Counted from the first letter of the stretch, positions 39,856-50,748 are shown. The stretch: 64,000 nt of DNA from Bacteroidales bacterium (GCA_963678025.2 CAXXPC010000033.1:7661-71660); one strand, 5' to 3'. The notes: a model not told the origin generated them from the letters alone. A program made the numbers and translations.

Positions 39856-40072
39856 ACTATTTTCCTTTCAGAAATAATTTCGTGTGGAAATTATATTGCA
39901 AATATAGTCATATTTTCTAAACCAACAAATTTCCGATGGAAAATATTATTGGATTGTTGTTTTTTACTTGTAAATTTGCGCCCTGATTGTTTGGATTTTT
40001 GTTGTGTATAACTCCGGGATTCGAACAAATGGGTAGAAGGGATGTTAATAATAAAGTGAAAATTTGAAAGAT

Positions 40073-40969
40073 ATGTCTTGTAATTTACTTAAAGGAAAAA
40101 GAGGACTGATATTTGGTGCTCTAAATGAAAATTCAATTGCATGGAAAACTGCGGAGCGGGTTTATGAGGAGGGTGGAAGGTTTGTGCTCACCAATACTCC
40201 TGCTTCCATGAAGATGGGAACAGTGGATAAACTTGCAGAGAAGTGCGATACTATTGTTATACCTGCTGATGCAACCAATGTGGAGGATCTGGAGAAGCTT
40301 GTGAAAGAGGGTACTGAATATCTCGGAGGAAAATTCGATTTTGTTCTGCACTCTATTGGTATGTCTCCAAATGTAAGGAAGGGGCGTACTTATGACGATC
40401 TCAATTATGCTTATTTACATCAAACTCTGGATATCTCTGCAATTTCGCTGCACAAGATATTGCAGACTTGCCGTAAGATGGATGCTATAAATGATTGGGG
40501 TTCTGTTGTGGCGCTCTCTTATGTAGCGGCGCAAAGAACTCTTTATGGATACAATGATATGGCTGATGCTAAGGCTCTGCTTGAATCGGTTGCAAGAAGT
40601 TTTGGTTATATTTATGGCAGGGAGAAGAATATTCGTATAAATACTGTCTCTCAGTCTCCAACCATGACCACTGCCGGGGGCGGTATAATGGGATTTGACA
40701 AGCTTCTGGATTTTGCTGAGAGAATGTCTCCACTGGGAAATGCAACTGCCGACGAATGTGCGGATTATGTAATTACTCTCTTTTCTGATCTCACAAGAAA
40801 GGTGACTATGCAGAATCTTTATCATGACGGAGGATACTCCAGTATGGGTATGAGTCTGGCTGCAATGAGCGTCTATCGTGAGGGACTTGATTATGCAGAC
40901 GTTACGGAGGATCTGTCTAAAAAGGGCAAGAAAGAAGATGATTCTTCAGAAAAGATTGACAAAGATTAA
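40073..40969 (+). CDS. fabI: Enoyl-ACP reductase
   Basis: LLKGKRGLIFGALNENSIAW, YNDMADAKALLES and RINTVSQSPT. Confidence 0.95.
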   Translation: MSCNLLKGKRGLIFGALNENSIAWKTAERVYEEGGRFVLTNTPASMKMGTVDKLAEKCDTIVIPADATNVEDLEKLVKEGTEYLGGKFDFVLHSIGMSPNVRKGRTYDDLNYAYLHQTLDISAISLHKILQTCRKMDAINDWGSVVALSYVAAQRTLYGYNDMADAKALLESVARSFGYIYGREKNIRINTVSQSPTMTTAGGGIMGFDKLLDFAERMSPLGNATADECADYVITLFSDLTRKVTMQNLYHDGGYSSMGMSLAAMSVYREGLDYADVTEDLSKKGKKEDDSSEKIDKD

Positions 40970-41029
40970 GGAACTGGCAAGATTGAAGATCAGCCTGAAT
41001 TATAGTTATATTCAAATTGATTTAGATAT

Positions 41030-41881
41030 TTACAAGGGCCTCAGTACAATGATGCCCTTGTTTTTTTTGGTTTTAAGTGCGTATTGTTCAAGAGTGAGTT
41101 CTTCTATTACCACTTCCATTTTGCCTGATGAGGCGTGAATAAAGGTGAGTCTCTCTTTTTTGTTGTCCTTCGCAGGTTCTTTATATATGAAGGCCATATG
41201 AGTGATGTCAAGACCTTCGATTTCTGTTACGAATCCAATGATATCGCCGCTTTGAAACTCCTCTTTGTGATTCTCAATCTCTTCGCGGGGTATATAGTGG
41301 TACCGACCTGAAGAGATCTCTTTTTCTATTTTTTTGATTCGTGGTATAAAGGAGGGTGTATTTTGTAGTTGTTTATATTTGTTTGGTTTGGAGGATATTA
41401 TATTAACTTCAATAGTGTGGGGTATACCTCCGGTATTTGGAGTGATATTTTCTATAAGCCCTTTTTTGCTGTTGTTTGCAGCCCATTCGGTGGTGTAGTG
41501 GAGTCTGCTGGGGTATTGGTCAATAATTCCGTCGCGATATCTTATTGTCTGCAGGTAGTGGCAGAAGTTGTCGAATGTGTGGGTTTTGGACCTTATGGTG
41601 TTGGCAAGTGCAAGTACTGTCTCTACGAATGTGGTGCAGTCTAGTTCGTCGAGATTTACGATCAGCTGTTCGGGTTCTTTTTCGAGAGTGTGTGCAACAT
41701 AGGGGGTGCCGAGAAAAAAGAGTGCTGTCTGTGTGACAAGCTGGTCAAAGGGAAGCTCTGATTTTGATTTAAAGCTCTCTGTGTAATTATGGAATATCTC
41801 TTTGTCTGAAGAGTTGTAAACTTGTGATATAATGGGTGTTGTAGCTATCAGCAAAATTGCTGCGACAAGGAATTTTTTCAT
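41030..41881 (-). CDS. DUF1460 NlpC/P60-like peptidoglycan amidase
   Basis: FLGTPYVAHTLE, LDCTTFVE, SRLHY, GLDITH and FIHASS. Confidence 0.9.
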   Translation of the reverse strand: MKKFLVAAILLIATTPIISQVYNSSDKEIFHNYTESFKSKSELPFDQLVTQTALFFLGTPYVAHTLEKEPEQLIVNLDELDCTTFVETVLALANTIRSKTHTFDNFCHYLQTIRYRDGIIDQYPSRLHYTTEWAANNSKKGLIENITPNTGGIPHTIEVNIISSKPNKYKQLQNTPSFIPRIKKIEKEISSGRYHYIPREEIENHKEEFQSGDIIGFVTEIEGLDITHMAFIYKEPAKDNKKERLTFIHASSGKMEVVIEELTLEQYALKTKKNKGIIVLRPL

Positions 41882-42018
41882 CTGAATATTTTTTGATAAA
41901 TTTCTAGTGTAAATATGATCTTTTTTGATTTTTTATCCAAATTTTGCACTATTAAGGAACTATTTTTGCATTGATTTAGGCGACCCCTATTTTTTAAATT
42001 AAAAAATGAGAGACAGAT

Positions 42019-45000
42019 ATGAAAAAGAAACTTGAGTCACTTGGCTTTTTTGAAAATTCTAAACAGAATTCAAAAGAGTATATACATCAATATATAAAAT
42101 TACGTCTGGAGGCTTTGGGACTTGTGGATGATAAGGATCAAGAGGAGGATTCCGACGGATTTCTTTCTTTGGCTAAATCTTTGATAATCAATTACAGGGA
42201 GAGGGAGCGTCAGTTTAAGAATTATTTATGTCCTGCAGATCAACGAATACAGACTTTCTTAAGGAATTATTTCAAAGGGACTGAGGTTCCGGTGATTAAA
42301 GTGCCTTCTTTTACTTTTACACTTGATTTTTATGGCATTGCAAGAGAGTTGTCGTTACCTGAGAAGAGGGAGGAGTTTCTTTCTGAGTATATCTCTTCTT
42401 ACAGGGTGAAACAGGGAGTGTTGCATAATCCCAAGCATGACAGAAGAACTACCAAAGGTGTTTTCCATATTGCAGAGGGCGGGTTGCCTATTCCCGATGA
42501 CAAGAAGGCTGTTCCAATAAAGGCGGCTGCGGTGTTGTTGGACAGAGCGACAAGATTGGAGGGTGATATTTTCAATCTGCCTTTTACAACCGATTATGCC
42601 GAACCGGCAAAGGTGTTTGTGTCGCTTCTGCTTAGGCCGGTGGTTAGTCCTGCAATAGAAGGAATTTCTCCGGAGAAGAGCATGGAGGTGAGATTTTTTG
42701 CACCCGGTTCTCTTGTTGCAAATTTGGACTTCGTGGAGTCTATTTTCGGAAATGGGGGCTCTCCTTATCATATTAATAATGACGCCGGTCTTGATTTTGA
42801 TTCCTGGAGTGGTCATACCGGATGTGTGATACTTGCTCCGCAGTTGTGTGGAATTACCAAGAAGGAAATTGGATTGAAGCATGTTTCTGAGGCTACCGAA
42901 AGAGAGAAGAGAGATGGCATGTGCTGGGAGAAAGAGAATGAGATGTACAATGATGGTTTGCCTTTCAAGTTGACAATGAGGACTGAGGAGGGAGTGATTG
43001 TGACGGTTATAGCTGACAATTATTTCGGTTATTCAAAGAAGGAGATTAAGACTTTTATCTCTTATGCGGCCAATTTACTTGGTAATGCAGAGGAAGAACA
43101 TGCAGGTGGTGCTTTGATTTTCCCCTCTTATAATCAAGGTGAAGGTCAAATGACTAAACATGAGAATTTCAAGACTACCCTGGATAAGGTGGCTGCTCTT
43201 TTTCCTGAGATAATAGAGATGAAGCCTGAGGGTTACGGTATAGATAAAAATTACGATGATATCATATATGTTCCTGAGTTATCGATATTTGATGTGAAGA
43301 AGCAGTCGATAACCTGGGTTCTGAAGAAGAGAGAGCAGAGTATAAAATTGTTGCCCAATAAGATTTATATTTTGCCCAATGGACACAAGTACAGGATGGA
43401 AAAGGCTTCAGGTACACTTAATTACAGGTTAGTGGAGACTAATGCTGAGGGTCTGTTCATCCATAAGCCTTGTACTGTATCCGGCGGAGGAAAGAGTGAG
43501 ATATCAAAATCTATTGAGGATTCAATTATATCCGGTTCTTTCTTTATAAAAGATTTTGAGAAGGATTTCAAGAGGGTGGAGGAGATTATTAATTTCGATT
43601 ATTTCAATAGATTCCGTGTTCCTCAGAAGGGAAAGAAAGACAGTCGTTCTTTCTTGAGCAGCAAGAGATCTATGGGCTCTTCCATTAAATTACTGACTCC
43701 TTCGACTGAGTTTACCGATGATTATAATGGTTGGCTTGAGTCTATACCTCAGTATATCAAGGGTATAGCTTTTATAATCAAGAGGTTCTATCGTGAAGAG
43801 TGGGGAGACAACTGGAAAGAGCATTTCTCTGTTGATATTCTTAACGGACAGCCCGGAAATGAGTTGAAGTATCAAAATAGGAAGCTTGCCGCTCGTTATC
43901 TGAGAGTTGGATATGATTCGAATGGTGCGTGGCGTACTTTCAAGCTGAGACAGGATTATGTTCATGCAGATAAGATGCAGATGGAGGATGATATTTCGGT
44001 CTCTTCCGTTGTTCCCTCTGCTGCCTTAAATAATCTGGCACCGGTTGAGGGCAAAAGAAGTGTGAAGTTTGTCAATAATTGCGAATTCCGATTTTTCCAG
44101 CGTCCTGATGAGGCTGTGAACAGGGGGCTTGACAAGCAGGCGGAGAAAGATCTCTCGACCTCAAATACTTTTATCTCGAATTTTGCTCCTTTGACTGCGG
44201 ATGATGCCCGCGATATGGTAGAGGATGTTATACATTTTGACCTTTTTACCGATCCTATGAGGAGAATGATAGAGGAGGTGGCCTATGACGGAAAAAGCAA
44301 ATATTTTGTTTCTTCTTCCAATCCAAGGATTGTGGACGGAAAGCCGGGTAAGAATGTGAGATACCTACAGACAAGGGATGATATTCTCAATCCCCGCAAT
44401 AAGTATATTGCAGAGATGGGTATGAGGCTTGCAAGGGAGATTCCTGTGGATAAGCCTCTTTATACACCCGTGAACTCTGTTCTCCCAGGAAGAAGGAACA
44501 ATCCTGCAGAGAAAGGAATAAGGCCGTTGGCTGTATATAATCCTGTTCATTATCAGGAGCTTCCTGAGTTGTTTATGGACTTTGTCTGCTCCTTGACAGG
44601 TAAGTCGCCGTCTACTACCGGAGCCGGTTCTGAGGGGGCTCTCACCAAGGCTCCTTTCAATGCTCTACTTCCTGTAATTGACCTGAACAATGCTCTGCTT
44701 TCTTATATAATTACAGGTTACCCCGGCTTTACTACTCCTGCCGGCTATATTGGAACCAATTACCGAATAGATCATGATTTAAGTCTTTTGATTCCTGAGT
44801 TATGGGCAAGGCTTCAGTCTGTGGAGAGGGAGCCTTCTGAGATGATTAAACAGGGTTATCTGGGGAAGATTGACGACTTTGAGCATAAAGGGAAGAAGAT
44901 TCCGGCGTCAATTCTGGGTTATAGAATCACAGAGAAGTTTGTGAATGGTTTCTTCGGAAGGGTTTTCGAGAATCCTAATGTGATTTTCCCTGATGATATG

Positions 45001-45462
45001 CTGCGTCCTGAGTTACAGTCTATGGATGATTTTGCAGATGGTGTGCTAAATATTGTTGAGGCACAAAAGAGGGTTGCTGAGGCTTATTTCCGTGACGGAA
45101 GTGTAGAGTGTGCAATTCCTCCATTGAAGGCTTTGCTGCATATTATGGCTTACGGGGAGTATGAAGGAAAGACTCTCGATTCACCGGAAATACGCAAGAT
45201 GTTTACTTATGAATATGCTGTCTCTTCTGATTGGTATAAGGCTAGAATTCTTGCCAAACAGCAGACAGATATATCTCTTTATGCATCTCATATAAGGTAT
45301 ATAGAGAAGATTATAAGAGACGACCAGAATCTATCTCAGGAGATGTACAACAATCTGATTGAGAGGTTACACAAGCTCAAAGAGAAGTACGAATATCTAT
45401 GTTCTTATGATTATGCAAAGTGTCTTGATGGCACTATCGGTAGGGACAGGATTAAGAGTTGA
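42019..45462 (+). CDS. Probable PPi-dependent phosphoenolpyruvate carboxykinase
   Basis: 1147 aa; GVLHNP..DRRTTKGVFH, DNYFGY.KKE, EEEHAGGA, HKPCTVSGGGKSEISK and TGKSPSTTGAGSEGALTK match the family as recalled. Confidence 0.8.
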   Translation: MKKKLESLGFFENSKQNSKEYIHQYIKLRLEALGLVDDKDQEEDSDGFLSLAKSLIINYRERERQFKNYLCPADQRIQTFLRNYFKGTEVPVIKVPSFTFTLDFYGIARELSLPEKREEFLSEYISSYRVKQGVLHNPKHDRRTTKGVFHIAEGGLPIPDDKKAVPIKAAAVLLDRATRLEGDIFNLPFTTDYAEPAKVFVSLLLRPVVSPAIEGISPEKSMEVRFFAPGSLVANLDFVESIFGNGGSPYHINNDAGLDFDSWSGHTGCVILAPQLCGITKKEIGLKHVSEATEREKRDGMCWEKENEMYNDGLPFKLTMRTEEGVIVTVIADNYFGYSKKEIKTFISYAANLLGNAEEEHAGGALIFPSYNQGEGQMTKHENFKTTLDKVAALFPEIIEMKPEGYGIDKNYDDIIYVPELSIFDVKKQSITWVLKKREQSIKLLPNKIYILPNGHKYRMEKASGTLNYRLVETNAEGLFIHKPCTVSGGGKSEISKSIEDSIISGSFFIKDFEKDFKRVEEIINFDYFNRFRVPQKGKKDSRSFLSSKRSMGSSIKLLTPSTEFTDDYNGWLESIPQYIKGIAFIIKRFYREEWGDNWKEHFSVDILNGQPGNELKYQNRKLAARYLRVGYDSNGAWRTFKLRQDYVHADKMQMEDDISVSSVVPSAALNNLAPVEGKRSVKFVNNCEFRFFQRPDEAVNRGLDKQAEKDLSTSNTFISNFAPLTADDARDMVEDVIHFDLFTDPMRRMIEEVAYDGKSKYFVSSSNPRIVDGKPGKNVRYLQTRDDILNPRNKYIAEMGMRLAREIPVDKPLYTPVNSVLPGRRNNPAEKGIRPLAVYNPVHYQELPELFMDFVCSLTGKSPSTTGAGSEGALTKAPFNALLPVIDLNNALLSYIITGYPGFTTPAGYIGTNYRIDHDLSLLIPELWARLQSVEREPSEMIKQGYLGKIDDFEHKGKKIPASILGYRITEKFVNGFFGRVFENPNVIFPDDMLRPELQSMDDFADGVLNIVEAQKRVAEAYFRDGSVECAIPPLKALLHIMAYGEYEGKTLDSPEIRKMFTYEYAVSSDWYKARILAKQQTDISLYASHIRYIEKIIRDDQNLSQEMYNNLIERLHKLKEKYEYLCSYDYAKCLDGTIGRDRIKS

Positions 45463-45474
45463 TGATTTAAACTG

Positions 45475-45511
45475 AAAAAAGCGGGCACTCTTGTTTAGGG
45501 TGCCCGTTTTT
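45475..45511. terminator. Probably bidirectional terminator between PEPCK and catalase
   Basis: aaaaaagcgggcactc...gggtgcccgttttt. Confidence 0.8.
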
Positions 45512-45636
45512 CATTCAATGATGTACGATTTGAATTGATCGGGTGCTTTAGTTTAATAATCAGACTCGTTGATTATTTTGCTGCATTTGTGCATCTGTAT
45601 TAATATTGCATCAGCTCTGATAATAAAACTCTTTGA

Positions 45637-47112
45637 TTATATTCCTGCTTCTTGGTGCCTGATTCCGAGTGCTTTTGCAACTCCACGTCCATAGGTGTGG
45701 TCGGCCATAAAGCAATGTTTGATGTGTCTGATTTTGATTTGTTTGTCGCAATCACCCATGTCGCGGGCAGTGTTTTCGAAAAGCACTTTCTGCTGTTCGG
45801 GGGACATAAGCCTGAATAGTTTTCCCGGTTGTGTGTAGTAGTCGTCGTCATCGTCGCGAAAATTCCATCTGTAGATGTCTCCGTCTACTTTTTGTATCGG
45901 CTCCATCTCTTCGGGACTTTCTTGCCAAACTCCGTAGCTGTTTGGTTCGTAGTGAAGGGTGCTTCCCTGGTTGCCGTCTACGCGCATTTGTCCGTCACGA
46001 TGAAAGGAAAAGGGTTCTTTGACTCCTTTGGGGCTGTTGACGGGTATCTGGTGGTGGTTGACGCCAAGCCTGTAGCGTTGGGCATCTCCGTAGGAGAAGA
46101 GGCGTCCCTGCAACATTCTGTCAGGTGAAAATCCAATACCTGGCACTATGTTGGCGGGATTGAAGGCGGCTTGTTCCACATCCTGAAAGTAGTTTTTTGG
46201 ATTTTTGTTTAGTTCGAATTCTCCGACAGGAATTAAGGGAAAGTCTTTTTTAAACCATACTTTTGTCAGGTCGAATGGATTGGTTTTCATTTTTTGCGCC
46301 TGTTCTTCAGTCATTACTTGTATGTACATATCCCATTTGGGAAAGTCTCTTCTTTCAATAGATTCATAGAGGTCTCGCTGATGACTCTCTCTGTCTTTGG
46401 CAATTATGGCCTCTGCTTCCTGGTCTGTAAGTGTTTGTATGCCTTGACGTGTTTTAAATGTAAATTTGACCCATACTCTTTTGTTGTCTTTGTTTATCAT
46501 GCTGTAAGCGTGGCTTCCATAGCCGTTCATGTGACGGTAGCTCTTGGGAATTCCTCTGTCACTCATGGTAATAGTTACCTGATGGAGTGCTTCAGGCAGG
46601 CTGCTCCAGAAGTCCCAGTTGTTGTTGGAGCTGCGCATGTTGGTGCGGGGATCTCTCTTGACAGCATGGTTGAGGTCGATGAATTTCATGGGGTCTCTGA
46701 AGAAGAAGACAGGGGTGTTATTGCCCACGAGGTCCCAGTTGCCCTCTTCTGTGTAGAATTTCATTGCAAATCCTCTTATATCTCTCTCTGCATCGGCAGC
46801 ACCTCTTTCCCCTGCTACAGTGGAGAATCTGACGAACATCTCTGTTTTTTTTCCAATTTCAGAGAATATTTTTGCTTTTGTGTATTGAGTTATGTCATGA
46901 GTAACAGTGAAAGTGCCGAATGCTCCGGAGCCTTTCGCGTGCATACGTCTTTCCGGAATAACTTCACGATGAAAGTGTGCCAGCTTTTCCATTAACCATA
47001 CATCTTGCATCATTATAGGGCCACGGGGGCCGGCAGTCATCGAGTCCTGGTTGTTGGACACAGGAGCTCCGGCAGCTGTGGTCATTTTAGGGTAGTTCTT
47101 TTTCTTATTCAT
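45637..47112 (-). CDS. katA: Monofunctional heme catalase
   Basis: [29 protein letters not shown] and [12 protein letters not shown]. Confidence 0.97.
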   Translation of the reverse strand: MNKKKNYPKMTTAAGAPVSNNQDSMTAGPRGPIMMQDVWLMEKLAHFHREVIPERRMHAKGSGAFGTFTVTHDITQYTKAKIFSEIGKKTEMFVRFSTVAGERGAADAERDIRGFAMKFYTEEGNWDLVGNNTPVFFFRDPMKFIDLNHAVKRDPRTNMRSSNNNWDFWSSLPEALHQVTITMSDRGIPKSYRHMNGYGSHAYSMINKDNKRVWVKFTFKTRQGIQTLTDQEAEAIIAKDRESHQRDLYESIERRDFPKWDMYIQVMTEEQAQKMKTNPFDLTKVWFKKDFPLIPVGEFELNKNPKNYFQDVEQAAFNPANIVPGIGFSPDRMLQGRLFSYGDAQRYRLGVNHHQIPVNSPKGVKEPFSFHRDGQMRVDGNQGSTLHYEPNSYGVWQESPEEMEPIQKVDGDIYRWNFRDDDDDYYTQPGKLFRLMSPEQQKVLFENTARDMGDCDKQIKIRHIKHCFMADHTYGRGVAKALGIRHQEAGI

Positions 47113-47334
47113 GGTTATATGTTTTATAGGTTATAACTTTTTTGATCCTTTAAATTTAACAAAAATTTAAATAAGAATGGTAGGTGACAGGGCTTTTTAT
47201 TTTGTAATTTAGCAGTTGTTTGCTGATTATATAAATAGATATTTTTTTAATATTTATCAGCATAGATTTATTAAAGTGATGTTTATGTTTTGACATCCTT
47301 TTCACTATTTTACATTTTAATAAGGATATGTTTT

Positions 47335-47976
47335 ATGTCGAATAATCATATAAAGTTCGAGACAGTTAATTTTGAGTTTGACGGGAAGAGGGTAGTGGAT
47401 TCATTTGACGAACTGGTTGAGGGGGGAGAGCATCTGGCGTTGATGGGAGAATCTGGAGCAGGAAAGAGTACTATATTGAATAGTGTGGTGGGGTTAACTA
47501 CTCCATCTTCAGGAAGAGTCTTGGTCGCCGGAATGGAGGTTAATGCTTTGAATATTTCACTTGTTCGGGAAGTTGTTGCCTGGATACCACAAGAATTGAC
47601 TCTGCCTTATGGTACTGTTGAGGAAGTGCTCACAGCTCCTTATACCTTTAGGGTGAACAAGCATTTGTCTTACAGTAAAAGAAGTGCTTTGGCACTTTTC
47701 GAAAGAGTGGGAATGGATCACTCACTTTATAACAAAAGGCTTGACATGCTTTCCGGCGGTGAAAAACAGAGACTGATACTGATCTCTGCTTTGTTGTTGA
47801 ATAAAAGAATATTGTTGTTGGATGAGCCAACTTCTGCACTCGATCCTCTGAGCCGGGACAGACTATTGAGTTTTTTGAAGTCGCTTGAGGGAACAACTCT
47901 TTTGGCAATTACTCATGATGCTGAATTTGCCGCCAGTATGGACAGGGTTATAGAATTAGAAAAACTTTCTGATTAG
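47335..47976 (+). CDS. ABC transporter ATP-binding protein (FetA-like)
   Basis: GESGAGKS, LSGGEKQR and LLLDEPTSALD. Confidence 0.9.
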   Translation: MSNNHIKFETVNFEFDGKRVVDSFDELVEGGEHLALMGESGAGKSTILNSVVGLTTPSSGRVLVAGMEVNALNISLVREVVAWIPQELTLPYGTVEEVLTAPYTFRVNKHLSYSKRSALALFERVGMDHSLYNKRLDMLSGGEKQRLILISALLLNKRILLLDEPTSALDPLSRDRLLSFLKSLEGTTLLAITHDAEFAASMDRVIELEKLSD

Positions 47977-48135
47977 TTATTGTGTATTTTTATTTTGATT
48001 TATTAACATGTTTACTCGATTTTTAAATGTATTAATTGGAATAAGATAATAGTTAATTCATTTTTGAATGGTTTAATTGCGATTAAGATTTATTAATACT
48101 TGAATTTTAAATGTGTAGACTGAATAATTATTTAC

Positions 48136-48927
48136 ATGCAAACACTTAGTATCTCATTTATTGACCTTTTTTTGGGATTGTTACTTGTGACGATTCCTGC
48201 TTTCATTCTCTATTATTACAGGACCGGACTTGTGAAGGCTTTGATGATTTCTACAGTGAGAATGGTTACTCAGCTTTTTCTGGTGGGGTTCTATCTGCAA
48301 TTTCTTTTTGATTGGAACAATATGTGGATAAACCTGTCGTGGCTTTTACTGATGATAGGTGTTTGTGCTTTTGATATGATCAAGCGGGTGAAGGTTTCTT
48401 TACGGCTGTTGTTTTTGCCTGTCTATTCCGTTATTCTTGTGTCGGTTGCTGTTATATTACTTTATTTTTTGAAGGGTGTCCTCTCTATGGACAATATGTT
48501 TGATAGCAGATATTTCATCCCGATATGTGGTATAATGTTGGGCAATATATTGTCTTCTAATGTTATAGGGTTGAATGCATTTTATGACAGAATCGCAAGG
48601 GATCAGCAGTTTTATAACTATCTGCTGTGTAATGGTGCAACGGTAAAGGAGGCTACACGACCTTTTGTTTCTGAGGCTATCTCGAAGTCATTCAATCCGA
48701 CAATTGCAAATATGGCAGTGATGGGGCTGATTTCTCTTCCGGGTATTCTTACTGGACAGATAATAGGGGGAAGTGCTCCGAATGTTGCTATCCGTTATCA
48801 GATTATGATGATGGTTGTAATTATGTCTACATCAATAATCTCTCTGCTACTCAATCTCGTGTGGTCTACTCGTTTTACAATTGATAAACTTGGACGTTTT
48901 TGCAAAACTGCCGGGGTGTGTAGATGA
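48136..48927 (+). CDS. ABC permease, FetB/UPF0014 family
   Basis: RMVTQL..VG, IPICGIMLGN, GLISLPG..TGQI.GG and AIRYQI. Confidence 0.88.
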   Translation: MQTLSISFIDLFLGLLLVTIPAFILYYYRTGLVKALMISTVRMVTQLFLVGFYLQFLFDWNNMWINLSWLLLMIGVCAFDMIKRVKVSLRLLFLPVYSVILVSVAVILLYFLKGVLSMDNMFDSRYFIPICGIMLGNILSSNVIGLNAFYDRIARDQQFYNYLLCNGATVKEATRPFVSEAISKSFNPTIANMAVMGLISLPGILTGQIIGGSAPNVAIRYQIMMMVVIMSTSIISLLLNLVWSTRFTIDKLGRFCKTAGVCR

Positions 48928-49057
48928 TTTAACGCCGAAGTTTCTGGTGAATCATTGATTTAGCGTGCTTTACAAGGATATTGTTTTTATGACAGTGAAA
49001 ACTGAATTACTGTAAATTATTGAATAATAGTTTTTTACCAGAAAGATAGGCGTTGAA
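48928..49057. repeat. Family B REPIN-like element (130 bp)
   Basis: tttaacgccgaagtttctggtga ... ttaccagaaagataggcgttgaa; begins immediately after the permease stop codon. Confidence 0.85.
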
Positions 49058-49076
49058 TTTGGTGATTTGAATATTC

Positions 49077-49092
49077 TTCGTAATTTTGCGAA
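49077..49092 (+). promoter_or_regulatory. Putative ArsR operator overlapping a -7 box
   Basis: Imperfect palindrome ttcgta-attt-tgcgaa containing taattttg. Confidence 0.55.
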
Positions 49093-49121
49093 CAGATTTC
49101 ATGTTTCGTTACAAAAAGATT

Positions 49122-49463
49122 ATGTTACAAAGAGATTTTGTGGGAAAAAAATCATTTACTGCTGAGCAGGAGAAAATAGCTAGAATTGCAAAGGCTCTGG
49201 GTCATCCTGTGCGAGTGGCTATTGTGCAGATGTTGCTTGAGCAGGAGTGTTGTTTCCATGGCGATATGTCTGAGGTTATTCCTGTGGCTAAAAGTACTTT
49301 ATCCCAACATTTGAAGGAGTTGAAGGATGCAGGTGTGATACAGGGGACTATTACTCCTCCTACTGTAAAATATTGCATTAATAAAGAAAATTGGGATATT
49401 GCCTCTGCACTGTTCAATTCATTGTTTAGTAGTGTTGTTGGCAATGACTCTTGTGAGGTTTGA
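49122..49463 (+). CDS. arsR: ArsR-family repressor
   Basis: AKALGHPVR, ECCFHGD, STLSQHLKELK.AG and VKYCIN. Confidence 0.92.
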   Translation: MLQRDFVGKKSFTAEQEKIARIAKALGHPVRVAIVQMLLEQECCFHGDMSEVIPVAKSTLSQHLKELKDAGVIQGTITPPTVKYCINKENWDIASALFNSLFSSVVGNDSCEV

Positions 49464-49479
49464 TTTTTTTTCTTTTATT

Positions 49480-49506
49480 TGTTCGTAGAACTACGATTTA
49501 CGAACA
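49480..49506. promoter_or_regulatory. Second putative ArsR operator
   Basis: tgttcgta...tacgaaca inverted repeat with the same TTCGTA half-site. Confidence 0.5.
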
Positions 49507-49670
49507 TTAGTTCATTTAAGATTTCTTGTGCTGTTAATCAGAAGCTGCAATAGTAATATGAAGAGGTAAATTAGTATTTATAGTGTTGTAAATGAGTGAT
49601 GGTGTTGTAAATGAATGGAATATTGTATCTGTGATAACTGTTTTGATGTAAGTGGCTTTTAAATAAATAT

Positions 49671-49693
49671 TTACCAGAAAGAAAGGCGTTGAA
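49671..49693. repeat. Family B right end
   Basis: ttaccagaaagaaaggcgttgaa, identical to 19393-19415, one base before the arsC ATG. Confidence 0.9.
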
Positions 49694-49694
49694 T

Positions 49695-50114
49695 ATGAAA
49701 ATTTTGATTTTATGTACCGGGAATAGTTGCCGTAGTCAGATGGCACATGGTTTTTTGCAATCGTTTGATCCTTCGCTTGTGGTGCGTTCTGCCGGAACGG
49801 ATGCAAGTGGCCGGTTGAATCCAAAAGCTGTTGAGGTGATGAAAGAGGTGGGTGTGGATATTTCACATCATACTTCTGACAGTGTGGATATGTATCTTGG
49901 AGAGGAGTGGGATTATGTTATTACTGTATGCGGAGGTGCAAATGAGAGCTGTCCGGCTTTCATGGGGAAAGTTAAGCACAGGCTCCACTACGGATTTGAA
50001 GACCCTTCTGATGCAGTGGGCTCTGAAGAATTTGTGATGAGTGAGTTTAGACGTATAAGGGATGCAATCAAGGAACAGTTTGAGAAATTCATCGCCGAAA
50101 TTTCTGGTGATTAG
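49695..50114 (+). CDS. arsC: Arsenate reductase, thioredoxin-coupled LMW-PTP type
   Basis: LCTGNSCRSQMA, ITVCGGANESCP and FEDP. Confidence 0.95.
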   Translation: MKILILCTGNSCRSQMAHGFLQSFDPSLVVRSAGTDASGRLNPKAVEVMKEVGVDISHHTSDSVDMYLGEEWDYVITVCGGANESCPAFMGKVKHRLHYGFEDPSDAVGSEEFVMSEFRRIRDAIKEQFEKFIAEISGD

Positions 50115-50217
50115 TTGTCTTAAAGTTATTTACAAATATTTAGTTTTTTTTAATGAGAAAACTGTTTTGGTGTAAAATCTTAATAAATAAATATTTACCA
50201 GAAAGAACGGCTATGAA
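50088..50217. repeat. Family B REPIN-like element (130 bp) overlapping the arsC 3' end and the next start codon
   Basis: ttcatcgccgaaatttctggtga (50088-50110) ... ttaccagaaagaacggctatgaa (50195-50217). Confidence 0.85.
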
Positions 50218-50653
50218 AAATTTTCTTTTAATTATTATGGGTTTTCTTTTAGTCACGGCATGTGACGGTGGAGGAAGTAATTCCGGAAAAACAGAGGTGG
50301 CTGCCGGTAGTACTGTGTCTCAAGCAGAATCAACTGCCCTCGGGGTAGTTAATATCTATTATTTCCACAATAAACAGAGGTGTGTGACTTGTAATGCAAT
50401 AGAAAAGGTTGTGGTTGATTTATATGAGAAAAGTTATTCTGATAACGAGAATGTCAATTTAAAAATTATTACTATTGGAGATGATGAATCAGACAAAATT
50501 GTGCAGAAGTATGAAGTTTCATTCAGCTCGCTGATTATTACGTCAGGTGATGCTTCTACTGATTTGACTGAGCAGGGTTTTGCAAATGCTGTGAATAAAC
50601 CGGATGTTTTGGAGGATCTTATCACCAGGGAGATTGAGAGATCTCTGGAGTAA
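50213..50653 (+). CDS. Thioredoxin-like lipoprotein, ArsF family
   Basis: Lipobox LVTAC; YYFH..QRCVTC.AIE motif; ars context. Confidence 0.75.
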   Translation: MKNFLLIIMGFLLVTACDGGGSNSGKTEVAAGSTVSQAESTALGVVNIYYFHNKQRCVTCNAIEKVVVDLYEKSYSDNENVNLKIITIGDDESDKIVQKYEVSFSSLIITSGDASTDLTEQGFANAVNKPDVLEDLITREIERSLE

Positions 50654-50748
50654 TTCATTTTTTAGAGATATTTTATCCGTGAGTGAATTGGAGTAAAATA
50701 TTGTTTAGTTAAAAAAAATATTTATGTAATTGGCTTATGTTAATATGT

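Noticed and set aside
46294..46995. 233-aa ORF antisense to catalase and similar antisense ORFs throughout
   Set aside because: Shadows of real genes with biased codon usage; no recognisable motifs.
47236..47280. OxyR box upstream of katA
   Set aside because: ATAG half-sites are present but the ATAG-N7-CTAT periodicity is not met in this AT-rich DNA.
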